In this document: positions 1 to 12,387 of the stretch, piece after piece
How the letters are laid out: every line of letters starts with the position of its first letter
Position numbering within the stretch: position 1 is the first letter of the stretch
Source of the DNA: Octopus vulgaris
Lineage: Eukaryota
Direction of reading: 5' to 3'
NCBI GenBank assembly: GCA_951406725.2
Contig: OX597841.1
Coordinates: forward strand, 12,710,001-12,774,000
Length of the DNA stretch: 64,000 nt
The notes under the pieces: model-generated
Told to the model about the DNA's origin: nothing
What the model saw: only the letters and a program-made list of their open reading frames with translations
The model's database searches: none
Program-made: the position numbers and the translations under genes

Positions 1-255
1 AGTATGTCTGTGTGTGTGTCTCTCTCTCCCACCCCACCCCCACTCCTAACCCCCTCCCCTCATTCTAGTATTTCCCCCAGATAAAAATGTCCCCTTCACA
101 AGTACACAAAACCCATCTTTATGTTTGTCCAAAACATCCCCCTGTATTTGTAAAACTATCGGTGGACAGCTCACCACCACCACTGCCACCACTACATACC
201 TAGCTACCGACACGACCACCACACCACTTCCACCCCACTCCACACCACCCCGATG

Positions 256-297
<42 letters not shown>

Positions 298-650
298 GCT
301 ATGTATACTCAGCTACCTATATGTCACCTTATCTACACCCCACCACCACCACCAACTCCACCGCTACCCAGCAGGGTACCAACACCTACCCCCATCATCT
401 CTGCCTCTATACCCGAGTTACAATGCTACCGCCGACGCCGCCGTCCTCGTCGTCGCCACGGCTAGCACTTGGGTACCGCAAGCTATCTACTACAAACATC
501 GTCACTCTACACACTACAGTATACTATGTATGTATGTATATATGTATGTATATATATATATATATATATATATAGTGTGTGTGTGTGTATGTATGTATGT
601 ATATACATATATACGTATATATATATATATATATATACATGAATGTAAAA

Positions 651-724
<74 letters not shown>

Positions 725-774
725 ATACATATATACGTATATATATATATATATATATATACATGAATGTAAAA

Positions 775-811
<37 letters not shown>

Positions 812-1081
812 AACACTAATACATTCATGTTTATATATATTTGTGTGTGTGTATAAATACATCCATGCATGCTTATATAAATGTATGTGTGTGTGTATGT
901 ATATATACACTTATACATTCATGTATATATATATCTATATATACATATATACATCCATGCATATATATATATAAACATGCGTATTTGTCTTTACGTGTGT
1001 ATTTATTTATACATATCTATGTATATGTTTATTTAGGTATATATCTATATGTATGTGTAAAAATATACATTTATATGTATA

Positions 1082-1113
<32 letters not shown>

Positions 1114-1523
1114 ACTATACATACACACACACACAGAGCTTACACGCGCTACAAATTCGTACTTATCCACACTCGTATACAAGTGTGTATACAAACACAG
1201 ACACACACATATACTATACATACAGTTGCACACATGGACACCTCTACCCCCCCTCAAATCAAACATCAGGTTCGGGGTGGAGGGCAGATTTGTTAAATTG
1301 CTTCCAGATTCCGTGTAAATGGGAAAAAAAAACTGGATGGTCACGGATGGAATCACTTGGATCATAGGCTGGCGTGTTATCCATTGGAGCTGAACCGGGG
1401 ACAAACCACAGCAAAACACTTAACAAGTCGCCTTCAATACTCAGAAGGTCCGTCATTTGATGGAATTATAAACAAATATCTACTTTTATATACACGCATG
1501 TCGGTACGTGTGCGCACGAGGAC

Positions 1524-1560
<37 letters not shown>

Positions 1561-1569
1561 CATACACAT

Positions 1570-1932
1570 AGGCGCAGGAGTGGTTCCAGGTTCAGTCCCA
1601 CTGCATGGCACCTTGGGCAAGTGTCTTCCACAATAGGCCGACCAAAGCCTTGTCAGTGGATTTGGTAGACGGAAACTGAAAGAAGCCCGTCGTATATATG
1701 TATATGTATATATGTATGTGTGTGTGTGTTTGTGTTTGTCCCCCCCCCCCCCAACATCGCTTGACAACCGATGCTGGTGTGTTTACGTCCCCGTAACTTA
1801 GCAGTTCGGCAAAAGAGACCGATAGAATAAGTACTAGACTTACGAAGAATAAGTCCTGGGGTCGATTTTTTTCGACTAAAAGGCAGTGCTCCAGCATGGC
1901 CACAGTCAAATGATTGAAACAAGTAAAAGAAA
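1570..1932 (+). mobile_element. tRNA-derived SINE family A (internal TA/TG microsatellite)
   Basis: AGGCGCAGGAGTGG..GGTTCAGTCCCACTG..CACCTTGGGCAAGTGTC...AAGCCCGTCG(TA)n(TG)n...CTCCAGCATGGCC.CAGTCAAATGA.TGAAACAAGTAAAAGA; many copies in window. Confidence 0.8.
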
Positions 1933-2157
1933 AAATATATATGTGTGTGTGTGTCTGTGTTTGTCCCCCCCCCCCAATACCATCATCGCTTGACAACGAA
2001 TGTTGAGCAGGTAGAGAAGCAAATTGCAAGCACAAGCAATTTTTTTATATTCCCCGGCGAAATTTGAACTCAGAGTACAAAGACAGACGGAAGGCCGACA
2101 AGCATTTCGTCCGGCGTGCTAACCATTCTGCCAGCTCGCCGCCTTTACTGATATATA

Positions 2158-2282
<125 letters not shown>

Positions 2283-2297
2283 GAGTCTATCCGATCA

Positions 2298-2361
2298 TAG
2301 AGTAACCAATGGTTTCGCTTCTGGAAAGTCCTAGACCACGTGAACGACACATTAGACTCTA
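2298..2361 (-). ncRNA. Degenerate hammerhead motif (same family as 2993 and 6011)
   Basis: TAGAGT-CTAATGT-...-GAAA-CC ATT GG-TT-ACTCTA; stem I and III intact, core decayed. Confidence 0.55.
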
Positions 2362-2455
2362 AAGCCGAAGACAATATATGTGTGTGTGCTTGTATATATA
2401 TATATATATATATTGTTAAAAGTAATATAATATGTGACAATTATTCGGTAGCCAT

Positions 2456-2516
2456 GATAAAACTCCGAGTTTCGGATGCCGTGGGGGAAATCCACGCCGC
2501 CATCTCTTCAGTTATC
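2456..2516 (-). ncRNA. Minimal type-I hammerhead ribozyme motif, intact core
   Basis: Minus strand: GATAA-CTGAAGA-[GATG..CGTGG loop CCACG..CATCC]-GAAA-CTC G GAG-TT-TTATC; 5-bp stem I, near-palindromic stem III, GUU site. Confidence 0.8.
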
Positions 2517-2623
2517 CGGCCATCAGAAAAATAATTGTCACATATTACACTTGCAGACAAATTCCTCTATTTACATAACATCGAGGTCTCTTTCTTTCTT
2601 TTGTTGTCTTACCATTTTCATCA

Positions 2624-2664
<41 letters not shown>

Positions 2665-2674
2665 ACACTTTATG

Positions 2675-2925
2675 GATGGATACCCAGGAAACCCTATAAA
2701 CCGGTCTTCACCAGGAAAAAAATATATACTTTCTGTAAATCATAAATCCGAAAGAGATTTATGTATATATGAACCGACCGTAACTATCTTCATCTAAGTA
2801 CTCCTCTAAAGTACTTCATCTAAAGTACTTCGAGTGCGCTTCCCTTTCGGATTTATGATTCACAGAAGTTATATATTTTTTCCTGGTGAAGGCAAGTTTA
2901 TGGGGTTATCCTGGGTACCCGTCCC
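2675..2925. repeat. Inverted repeat, ~80-bp arms (MITE-like or inner part of nested palindrome)
   Basis: GGATACCCAGGA...AATCATAAATCCGAAAG (2675-2757) mirrors CTTTCGGATTTATGATT...TCCTGGGTACCCGTCC (2843-2925). Confidence 0.75.
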
Positions 2926-2992
2926 TAAAGGGTTTTATATATATATATACATATATACGTGCATACACACACATATATTGTTTTCGGCTTTT

Positions 2993-3052
2993 GAGTCTAA
3001 CGAGATGTTGACGTGGTCGAGGTCTTTCTGGATGCGAGACCATTGGTCACTC
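2993..3052 (+). ncRNA. Degenerate hammerhead motif (inverted partner of 2298-2361)
   Basis: GAGT-CTAACGA-...-GAGA-CC ATT GG-TC-ACTC. Confidence 0.55.
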
Positions 3053-3374
3053 TTGAAACGGTCATACGGCATCACCTCTGAATATCTTATTGCTTATTTT
3101 GATTATATATATATATATATATATACAGAGAGAGAGAGAGAGATTGTTATATTTCGGGACCTTCATTTTTTCCTTACCGAATAAACGCACGCACTGGCAA
3201 AACAAATACATTAACGTATAGAGAGACAAATACATACGTACGTACATTCACATACATGTATACATAGACAAACACACTTGTCTATATATATATATATATA
3301 TATGTGACCTCGTGTGTACCGTTGGTGATTTTTTTCCCTCTGTCTTCCCTTCTCTGGATCTTTCCTTCTCTTAT

Positions 3375-3409
3375 GTTTCTGACGAAGAGCTCCGCTCGAA
3401 ACGTTAAAC
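3375..3409 (+). ncRNA. Minimal hammerhead ribozyme motif, intact core
   Basis: GTTT-CTGACGA-A-GAGC TCC GCTC-GAAA-CG-TT-AAAC; palindromic ACGT stem III typical of Penelope-type minimal hammerheads. Confidence 0.8.
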
Positions 3410-3500
3410 CCTCTTTCTTCCCTTCCTTCCTGAGCGTCCAATAATACAATATTTGTTCCACATCCTCATGTTGTGTTATTTTGTGCTTTCTTGTTTGGAT

Positions 3501-3558
<58 letters not shown>

Positions 3559-3883
3559 CATACAGGTTTTGGTGATGCACACAGGAAATATAGCCCTCAG
3601 AACATGAGTAGAACAGATGTATATAGATAGACAGACAGACAGACACATAGATAGATCTATCAATATATAGAGCCATCAGCCACCAACTGCGTTCGCCCCC
3701 ACCTGTTTTCACGATTCCCTTTCTGTAACCCCTCGTTATCCATCACACACACACACAGCCCTTACTTTGCATTCCAATAGGGACATCGCTACCCTCTAAC
3801 CTTATCCTGCTTTTATTCTATTGAAACAAGGGACAAGAAAAACACTCACGCGCTCTCTCTCTCTCACACACACACATACACAA

Positions 3884-3919
<36 letters not shown>

Positions 3920-4446
3920 ATACATTCTTTTATTCTTTTACTTGTTTCAGTCATTTGACTGCGGCCATGCTGGGGCACCGCCTTAAAGGTTTTCTTTTTT
4001 AGTCGAATAAATCGAACCCAGGACTTATTCTTTATAAGCCATAGTACTCATTCTGTCACTCTCTTTTGCGGAACCGTAAGTTACGGGGATGTAAACACAC
4101 CAACACCGGTTGTCAAGCTATGGTGAGGGACAACACTGCTCCACACATACACACACACCCTCCATGCTTGTTTTCGTTCGGTTTCCTTGTATGTCTCCAA
4201 TGTCCAGTTTTTGTTCCCAGCTTTGACCCTCCATGAATCCTAAATTTTGTTTTAGAATTTATGGGAGCAACTGTCTTTGAAGACTCATATTGTCATTGAA
4301 TGCTCAAAATGAGGAGTAGATAGACAGCCGACAACTGATGAAGGGTCTTTTTTCTTGGTTAACTTGTCCTGTTTTCCATTTTTTGCTTGTTGTTTACGTA
4401 TATCATGTTGTTTGAACTGTTGGTGACATCCTGTACCCATATACGC

Positions 4447-4527
<81 letters not shown>

Positions 4528-4566
4528 CCGGAGTAAACACATAAATGTGAAACAAAGTGGAAAAAA

Positions 4567-4604
4567 CTGTCCGACGAACGGAAACGTGAAACTCAGAGTA
4601 ACAG
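4567..4604 (+). ncRNA. Minimal hammerhead motif with U4C core variant
   Basis: CTGT-CCGACGA-ACG GAAA CGT-GAAA-CTC A GAG-TA-ACAG; GNRA-capped stem II, 4-bp stem I, GUA site. Confidence 0.72.
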
Positions 4605-4687
4605 GTTTTGTTGATTTTTCTGCTGCTTTAAATAAAAAATATATATATGGCCACAGCTCATGAGCTGAAACTAGAATCAATCAATCA

Positions 4688-4733
<46 letters not shown>

Positions 4734-4798
4734 GGTCCCGGGTTGAGTCGGGGTTAACCACAGTAAATAAGGTACTCAATACATAGCAGAGTAAATTA

Positions 4799-4927
4799 AT
4801 TTATTTTATAGAAGGAGCTTCTACAGGACTAGAACTGTTTTATTCAAAAGAAATCATCAGGAAGCCTGATGATTTCTTTTGAATGAAACAGTTCTAGTCC
4901 TGTAGAAGCTCCTTCTATAAAATAAAT
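4799..4927. repeat. 63-bp near-perfect palindrome made of two head-to-head hammerhead motifs
   Basis: Arms 4799-4861 and 4865-4927, 3-nt loop, single T/G mismatch (4841/4885). + arm: CTGATGA(4866)...GAAA-CAG..CTG-TA; - arm has the GCTTC/GAAGC stem I but GAAA->AAAA. Confidence 0.85.
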
Positions 4928-5016
4928 ATATATATATATATATAATTTCAACAATTGAGGGTGAAATTAATTAATTATTAATCAATTTTACCAAGTATTC
5001 AGTATGTAAAGGGACC

Positions 5017-5078
<62 letters not shown>

Positions 5079-5124
5079 GCATATATATATATATATATAT
5101 GTACGCATATATATATATGTACGC

Positions 5125-5162
<38 letters not shown>

Positions 5163-5499
5163 GTATATATATACACACGTAAAATATAGGGTAGCGAGTT
5201 TTGTTTTAGAAATTTCACTCTCACTGTCTTAGCAATAGACAACATATTCTCAACATTTAAACACAAGACAAACTGCCTTCAACAGGCAGTTTTTTCACGC
5301 AGCGTAAAACTGCCAGTTCGATTTTAGCAGATAATGAATTTATTTAATGCTATATCTCCATTTTCTTACTTCCTTTTGAATGATTATAAACCATCATCGA
5401 TATATATACACGAAAAGTTGATCTATGAACTTTTATGCTTCTTTTTTCTTCTTTCTTTCCATCTCCTTATTCTATGTCGTCATCTCATTAATATATTAT

Positions 5500-5873
5500 T
5501 TACTCTCTTTTACTTGTTTCAGTCATTTGACTGCGGCCATGCTGGAGCACCGCCTTTAGTCGAGCAACTCGACCCCGGGACTTATTCTTTTGTAAGCCCA
5601 GTACTTATTCTATCGGTATCTTTTGCCGAACCACTAAGTAACAGGGACATAAACACACCAGCATCGGTTGTCAAACAATGCTAGGGGGACAAACACAGAC
5701 ACACACATGCATATATATACGTATATGCGACGGGCTTCTTTCAGTTTACGTCTACCAAATCCACTCACAAGGCTTCGGTCGGCCCGAGGCTATTGTAGAA
5801 GACACTTGCCCAAGATGCCACGCAGTGGGACTGAACCCGGAACCATGTGGTTGGTAAACAAGCTACTTACCAC
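5500..5873 (-). mobile_element. SINE family A
   Basis: Reverse complement of the family A consensus. Confidence 0.85.
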
Positions 5874-6010
5874 AATTTTGAATTTGGTTCGCAGACCAGC
5901 AGGAGTGCAGAGACCACAGGTTGGGAATCACTGTTCTTGTCCGAAGACAAATTTAACCGTAACAGCTTTCCACCTCCCACAGGAGAAGAGTTTAATTCGT
6001 CTTCTGACCA

Positions 6011-6071
6011 GAGCCTGATGAGTAGTTCACGAAACTATAAGCCTTCGTGGATGCGAAACCATTGGTCACAC
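6011..6071 (+). ncRNA. Hammerhead motif, intact core, decayed stem I
   Basis: CTGATGA(6015)-GTA G TTCACGAA loop TTCGTGGA TGC-GAAA(6055)-CC ATT GG-TC(6067). Confidence 0.7.
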
Positions 6072-6201
6072 TACGACCAGGCATTAACTTTTATTACTTT
6101 AATATATCTATATATTATGTATGTATGTATGTACGTGCGTACGTGTGTGTGTATATGGGTAACTGAAACCAAATACGCAACGAACACTGAAAGTGAACGT
6201 G

Positions 6202-6238
<37 letters not shown>

Positions 6239-6475
6239 TCACATACACACACACGCATGTACAAACACACACATGTGCACACAAACATATACATATGGTA
6301 ACTGTCTAATTGAGACCTGCTGGTTCTTTTCTCTGTCCAGTGTTTTCTCCTCTCTTTCTGCACAAGAGCTTATGCACAAAATATAAAAAAAGTTTCTTTA
6401 CCTTGTCTTCATGTTCAGGTTTGATATTTTTTTCTACCAACTATAAATATACATGCATACATATATATGTATATG

Positions 6476-8078
6476 CAGAGCTGGGCGTAAGTCCGTTAAT
6501 CCGTGAATCGTTATTTAACGAAGTTAGCATTTTTGTTAAAGATTTAGCTTTTAGGTTAAGTATGAAAATCATTATCGGACTAATTAACTTCCGTTACATA
6601 TAGCTATTTCTTTATTGCCCACAAGGGGCTAAACATAGAGGGGACAAACAAGAACAGACATAGGTATTAAGTCGATTACATGGACCCCAGTGCGTAACTG
6701 GTACTTAATTTATCGACCCCGAAAGGATGAAAGGTAAAGTCGACCTCGGCGGAATTTGAACTCACAACGTAACGGCAGATGAAATACGGCTACGCATTTC
6801 GCCCGACGTGCTAACGTTTCTGCCAGTTCGCCGCCTTCCGTTACACATAGCTTCCGTTAACTCAAGCCCGTTAACCCCAAAATTTCATAAACCCGGTAAA
6901 TGTTTAAAGTTTTCTATTGTTTTCAGATTGTCTTAGCATATTTGAAATACTGTACGCGTCCTTCTTTCAACCCCGATATAACGCCACTTATTATAAATAA
7001 CTTGTGGGACCTCGTTTAGTCCTACCTAGATTTGAAACCAAATCCACCCGCTTGTTGCTTGCAAAGGCAGTGGGAAATTTCTTTGTCCTGGCAAGAGGGA
7101 GCAGTGATTGATGTCTCCACCACCCCTCTCACCTTTCTTTTCCAGAAAAAAGTAATTTGCGGCGGGTCTGGAGGTCAGCTATGCTGAATGCACCCCCACC
7201 CCCACAAAACTGGAAAAAGATTATTACACACCGAGGTACGAAATATTTACCGACAGAAAAAAATCCCGTACTGATTATACCTGTATTTTAAATAGTTCAA
7301 ATTAATGTACCTCATCTTGAAAAGTGGTAAAATTTTTGTCGGTTGCCGTCTGGGATAATTTTAATAATAAATCAAACAGGTAAGATGCATTAAGAATTTC
7401 AATTTTAGTGTTTATCCATAATCTTACTGCTTTTACACCTGTTAATTAAATTTACTTTTCCATAAGAGTCATTTACTCAGCAAGATCAGCTAAAATTACA
7501 TGACTATAAATCAATGGTATTTAAAGCACCCACTGACAAAATCCTCGTCAAAACGGAGAAATTCCAACTTATGTGGACCATCTGATACGAAACTCCATTT
7601 TCCAGAAACTCCTCTGCCCCCTTCTAAAAATTTTGTCTACAAACTTCTTTGTAATCATTATCTACAACGTTTCAAAGCTATTTGCATAAAATTTCATTAA
7701 AAAAATACCTATTTTCCATAAAGTTATAAGGGGGAAATGTCGGGTCCTATGAATTTTCCGAAATTCCTCTCCCCAAACCCTCGGAAAATTATTTTTGCAA
7801 CAAATCTTTACACGCAGTCAATCTACAGGATATAAACTATTATTTGGTGAAAGTTTCGTTAAAAAGAATCAATTTTTCTGGAAGTTATGAGGCAACAAAG
7901 TCGGTGGGGTATTAAACTATAGCTATGTCTTTTTTTCTATAAAAAAAAGTTGGCGTTAACGGATTAACGTTAACTTCCGTTACATTTTCAAAGAATTAAT
8001 GATTAATGAAGTTAACTTTACGGCTAATGGATTAACGGTTAACGAAGTTAACTTTTCGATTAACGGTGCCCACCTCTG
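6476..8078. mobile_element. hAT-like non-autonomous DNA transposon with nested insertions
   Basis: Termini CAGAGCTGGGC / GCCCACCTCTG, dense subterminal CGTTAA/GTTAAC repeats at both ends, imperfect 8-bp flanks TGTATATG / TACATATG. Confidence 0.6.
6606..6835 (-). mobile_element. tRNA-derived SINE family B (Meta-domain-like central region) with TSD
   Basis: Minus: GGCGGCGAACTGGCAGAA..GTTAGCAC...GAGTTCAAATTCCGCCGAGGTCGACTTT.CCTTTCATCCTTTCGGGGTCGATAAA; ~17-bp TSD TTCCGTTACA(T/C)ATAGCT at 6589-6605 and 6836-6852. Further copies near 2040-2145, 11990-12165, 34020-34423, 41550-41710, 43700-44130, 57330-57690, 58330-58620, 61508-61870. Confidence 0.8.
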
Positions 8079-9328
8079 TACATATGTGTATGCGTGGTGC
8101 GTGTACAAAGATACACACACACAAACACATATATACACACTTACATAGATACATACATTCATACATACTTACATGCACAAACGCATACATATAATCAGAT
8201 GCACACATACCTACACATACATGCATACAGATGTATACATGTACAAACACACACATTATTTAGGCAAAGTAACCCTAACCCTAAAAATTATGCTTCTTAG
8301 GGTCCACAACAGAAAGTTTATAATTCAGAAAACATCACATTCTTTTATTGTACAATGGGGAAAAGAGAAAAGGGGGATGCTTTTGAAATTGAACGGGGCT
8401 ATGATATTTTTAGGGGGAGCTCCCTAGACCAATATCGTAGTAGCTGAGCACCCTCTCTTACAAAATCCGAAGCCCTGCTCCTTAGTTTACAATCATTTCA
8501 TCAAGGGCTGCAATTACATCTTCCTTCAGATCGACATAATCCGGGGCTGTTATTTCCTTGTGTACGGCCCCTGGGTGTTGTATTACTCATCTTCTCCATG
8601 TATTTACATCTACCCCCAGCAGGGAATTGAAAATTAAAAAAAACAAACACACACGTTGTAATTGTTCCCTTCGTAATTTCTGTTCCCCTTTGGGAGGTTG
8701 GCAGTGATCAGGGGAAGCATTTCGCGGGAACAATAGCCCCTATTTTCCCCTATTTTTTGTAACAGATCCAAACTGATTCTTTTACAAATCTAGAAAATTT
8801 TAAAGGTCGCTTTTATGTTTTCTTCCTGCCCCCGTTTCTGCCCCTTCCTACTCTTTCCTGCTCATTTTATGGGAGTTTTTGATATTTGCGGCTGATTTCT
8901 AAGGGTATCCATTTTAAGTGGGGTTGAGGTTTTGACTTTTTTTATTTTTCGGTTGTTTTGCTTTTCGGGATTTCTTCATTGAAAGACTTTCAGGATTTTC
9001 TTTATTCTTGTTTGGATTTGTCAGAAGTCGTGTGTGTGTGTATGCTTATATATGTAATATATATATGGTGCCCCAGAATGGCCGCAACCTCAAGGGTGAA
9101 ACATATAAAACAATAAAAGGCTATACATATATATATATATATAATTATATATATATGTATACAAATACACATATATATGTATTTATATACATGTATATAT
9201 GTGCCTATGTATATCTATTATACATATATAGATAATATATACTTATACATGTAGATATAACGGACGTTAAACGATGATGATGATATATCTACACACACAC
9301 ACACTGACACATATATATATATATATAT

Positions 9329-9718
9329 AGGCGCAGGAGTGTGGTAAGTAGCTTGTCTACCAACCACATGGTACCGGGTTCAGTCCCACTGCGTGGCATC
9401 TTGGGCAAGTGTCTTCTACTATACCCTCGCGCCGACCAAAGCCTTGTGAGTGGATTTGGTAGACGGAAACTCAAAGAAGCCCGTCGTATATATATATATA
9501 TATATACGTATGTGTGTTTGTGTGTCTGTGTTTGTCCCCCTAGCATTGCTTGACAACCGATGCTGGTGTATTTATGTCCCCGTTACTTAGCGGTTCGGCA
9601 AAAGAGACCGATAGAATAAGTACTGGGCTTACAAAAGAATAAGTCCCGGGGTTGAGTTGCTCGATTAAAGGCGGTGCTCCAGCATGGCCGCAGTCAAATG
9701 ACTGAAGCAAGTAAAAGA

Positions 9719-9720
<2 letters not shown>
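9329..9720 (+). mobile_element. SINE family A, near full length
   Basis: A/B-box-like head, internal (TA)n, GTAAAAGAGT tail. Confidence 0.85.
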
Positions 9721-9758
<38 letters not shown>

Positions 9759-9869
9759 GAACACACACACACATATAAATATATATACATATATGTACAT
9801 ACTTATGTGTATGTGTGTACAAATGCATGTATTTGCATATATATATATAAACGATGATGATGATGATGA

Positions 9870-9910
<41 letters not shown>

Positions 9911-9941
9911 AACTATAACACACATATATGTATTTATGTTA

Positions 9942-9987
<46 letters not shown>

Positions 9988-10430
9988 ATGTATGTATGTA
10001 TGTATGCATAAATATCCATACATCTATCAAACTATACATTATATACACTCTTTATGTTTACACCCCCCCCCCCCACCCCGTGCTCTCCTCGCTATCTGGA
10101 ATGACGTCATGATGTAGACTCCATTCGCTTATCAATGTTTCTGTCACTTTGAAACTTTTCAACCACAAATCCATCCACGACCTGTTGCATATAGAAAAAG
10201 AAAAAATATCCACCCCGTCCACCCGTCCTGCCATATTTATTTGCCGTTTCATTTTTGAAGCCGTGAATCTGAGCAGCATCCGCAGGGTTACATCGAAGGT
10301 CGTTTTGTCACTGAATGCTTTGCCAAGGAGTCCCGTCCATTGATGTTTATCAGCCTCGTTTATGCCGGCCTGGTTTATGTTTTGGCCCCCTTGGCCCCCT
10401 GGCTGTTTAATGAACGTTTCCAAACTTATA

Positions 10431-11008
10431 GGCGCTGGAGTGGCTATGTGGTAAGTAGTTTGCTAACCAACCACATGGTTCCGGGTTCAGTCCCACTGCG
10501 TGGCACCTTGGGCAAGTGTCTTCTGCTATAGCCCCGGGCCGACCAATGCCTTGTGAGTGGATTTGGTAGACGGAAACTGAAAGAAGCCTGTCGTATATAT
10601 ATATATATATATAGGCGCAGGAGTGGCTGTGTGGTAAGTAGCTTGCTAACCAACCACATGGTTCCGGGTTCAGTCCCACTGCGTGGCACCTTGGGCAAGT
10701 GTCTTCTGCTATAGACTCGGGCCGACCAATGCCTTGTGAGTGGATTTGATAGGCGGAAACTGAAAGAAGCCCGTCATATATATGTATATATATATATATA
10801 TGTGTGTGTGTTTGTGTTTATCCCCCTAGCATTGCTTGACAACCGATGCTGGTGTGTTTACGTCCCCGTCACCTAGCGGTTCGGCAAAAGAGACCGATAG
10901 AATAAGTACTGGGCTTACAAAAGAATAAGCCCCGGAGTCGAGTTGCTCGATTAAAGGCGGTGCTCCAGCATGGCCGCAGTCAAATGACTGAAACAAGTAA
11001 AAGAGTAA
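10431..11008 (+). mobile_element. SINE family A with tandemly duplicated 5' half
   Basis: Head 10431-10595 + (TA)n, second head from 10613 followed by one 3' half. Confidence 0.85.
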
Positions 11009-11262
11009 ACTACCCTGATGCAACGGGGAGAGACGGCTGGAATGGATGCTATGCTTTTGGCTTCCTTATTTTTGTTTTCGGTTGACGTGGATCACTCTTT
11101 TACTTGTTTGAATCTCTAAGTTATGGGGATGTGAACAAACCAACACTAGTTATGAAGCAGTGGTAGGTCATAAGCACAGACACAATAATACACACCCAAA
11201 TATATACATATATATTATATGTATATATCTTTGTGTGTGTATGTGTGTGCAATTGCAAGTTC

Positions 11263-11703
11263 AGCTCTGTGTGCCTTGGGTATGTGCTGTAGTTTGTTGT
11301 GATGCTCTTATTTTCACTGTATTGAAAGTGTTTTGCGTAGGATGTGTGCAGTGTCTAGTAGTGCAATTTTCTGTATGTTATATGTGTTTGTAAGTCCTGG
11401 TGTTTTTGTTTGTTATGTATTTGTCTGAATATTTTTTTATCATGCCTAATGTACCTACTATGATAGGAATTGTTTCTGCTTTTAGATTACACATTCTGGT
11501 TACCTCTATTTCCAGGTCTTTGTATTTTGAGAGTTTCTCCGTTTCTTTTAGAGACACGTTGTCATCTGCTGGTATTGATACATCAATTAGAAAGCATTTT
11601 TCTTCTTGATGATCTCTGACAACTATATCTGGTCTCTTGGCTTTAATTTCTCTATCTGTGTGTATTGGCGTATCCCAGATTATGGTTGCTTTCTCATTTT
11701 CTG
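11263..11703 (-). mobile_element. R4/Dong-clade non-LTR retrotransposon 3' fragment (restriction-like endonuclease)
   Basis: Minus translation TENEKATIIWDTPIHTDREIKAKRPDIVVRDHQEEKCFLIDVSIPADDNVSLKETEKLSKYKDLEIEVTRM...PIIVGTLG..(frameshift)..IQKIALLDTAHILRKTLSIQ* (stop at 11314-11316); RPD..D..K..KY RLE motif; abuts (TAA)n. Confidence 0.85.
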
Positions 11704-11978
11704 TTATTATTATTATTATTACTATTATTATTATTATTATTACTATTATTATTATTATTATTACTATTACTATTATTATTATTATTATTACTATTACTAT
11801 TATTATTATTATTATTACTATTACTATTACTATTATTATTATTATTATTACTATTACTATTATTATTACTATTATTATTATTATTACTATTATTATTATT
11901 ATTATTATTATTATTACTGTTACTATTACTATTATTATTATTACTATTACTATTACTATTATTACTACTATTATTATT
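11704..11978. repeat. (TTA/TAA)n microsatellite with TAC interruptions
   Basis: Direct reading. Confidence 0.95.
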
Positions 11979-12387
11979 GAGGTTGAAGAGGAGGCAGAAT
12001 TGTTAGCATAACAGGCAAAATGCTTTGTGACATTTCATCAGTCTTTACGTTGTGAGTTAAAATTCCACGAAGGTCCAACTTAGCCTGTCTTACATTCAGG
12101 GGCAATTGAGACAATGTAATCAACTTAACCCTCCCCCAAAATTTCGGGGTTTGTGTCTATAGCAGAATCAGTTATCAATCTGTTAATTAGAACATAAATC
12201 AGCATGGAGTCTTGATGGAAGGTTTTGATGACAATCCCTTTAAAACAGGAAGTTTGTATCAGAAATAAGGGTCATCTCAGATGAATTCCTATCAAAAGGG
12301 TTAACCCCAGATTAGCCCTGGTAAAAATAGCATTGCTTATCGACCTCTTTGTTACCTTATTTCTGTTGAAGGACACAGCATTTTGTG

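Noticed and set aside
1-520. GC-richer stretch as TIKI exon 1
   Set aside because: No ATG + signal peptide + donor combination visible; low-complexity CAC/CGC repeats.
9329-9400. tRNA genes at SINE heads
   Set aside because: A/B-box-like words but no complete cloverleaf; always continuous with SINE bodies.
10058-10423. 121-aa minus-strand ORF in unique sequence
   Set aside because: No recognisable domain or splice context; treated as non-coding island.
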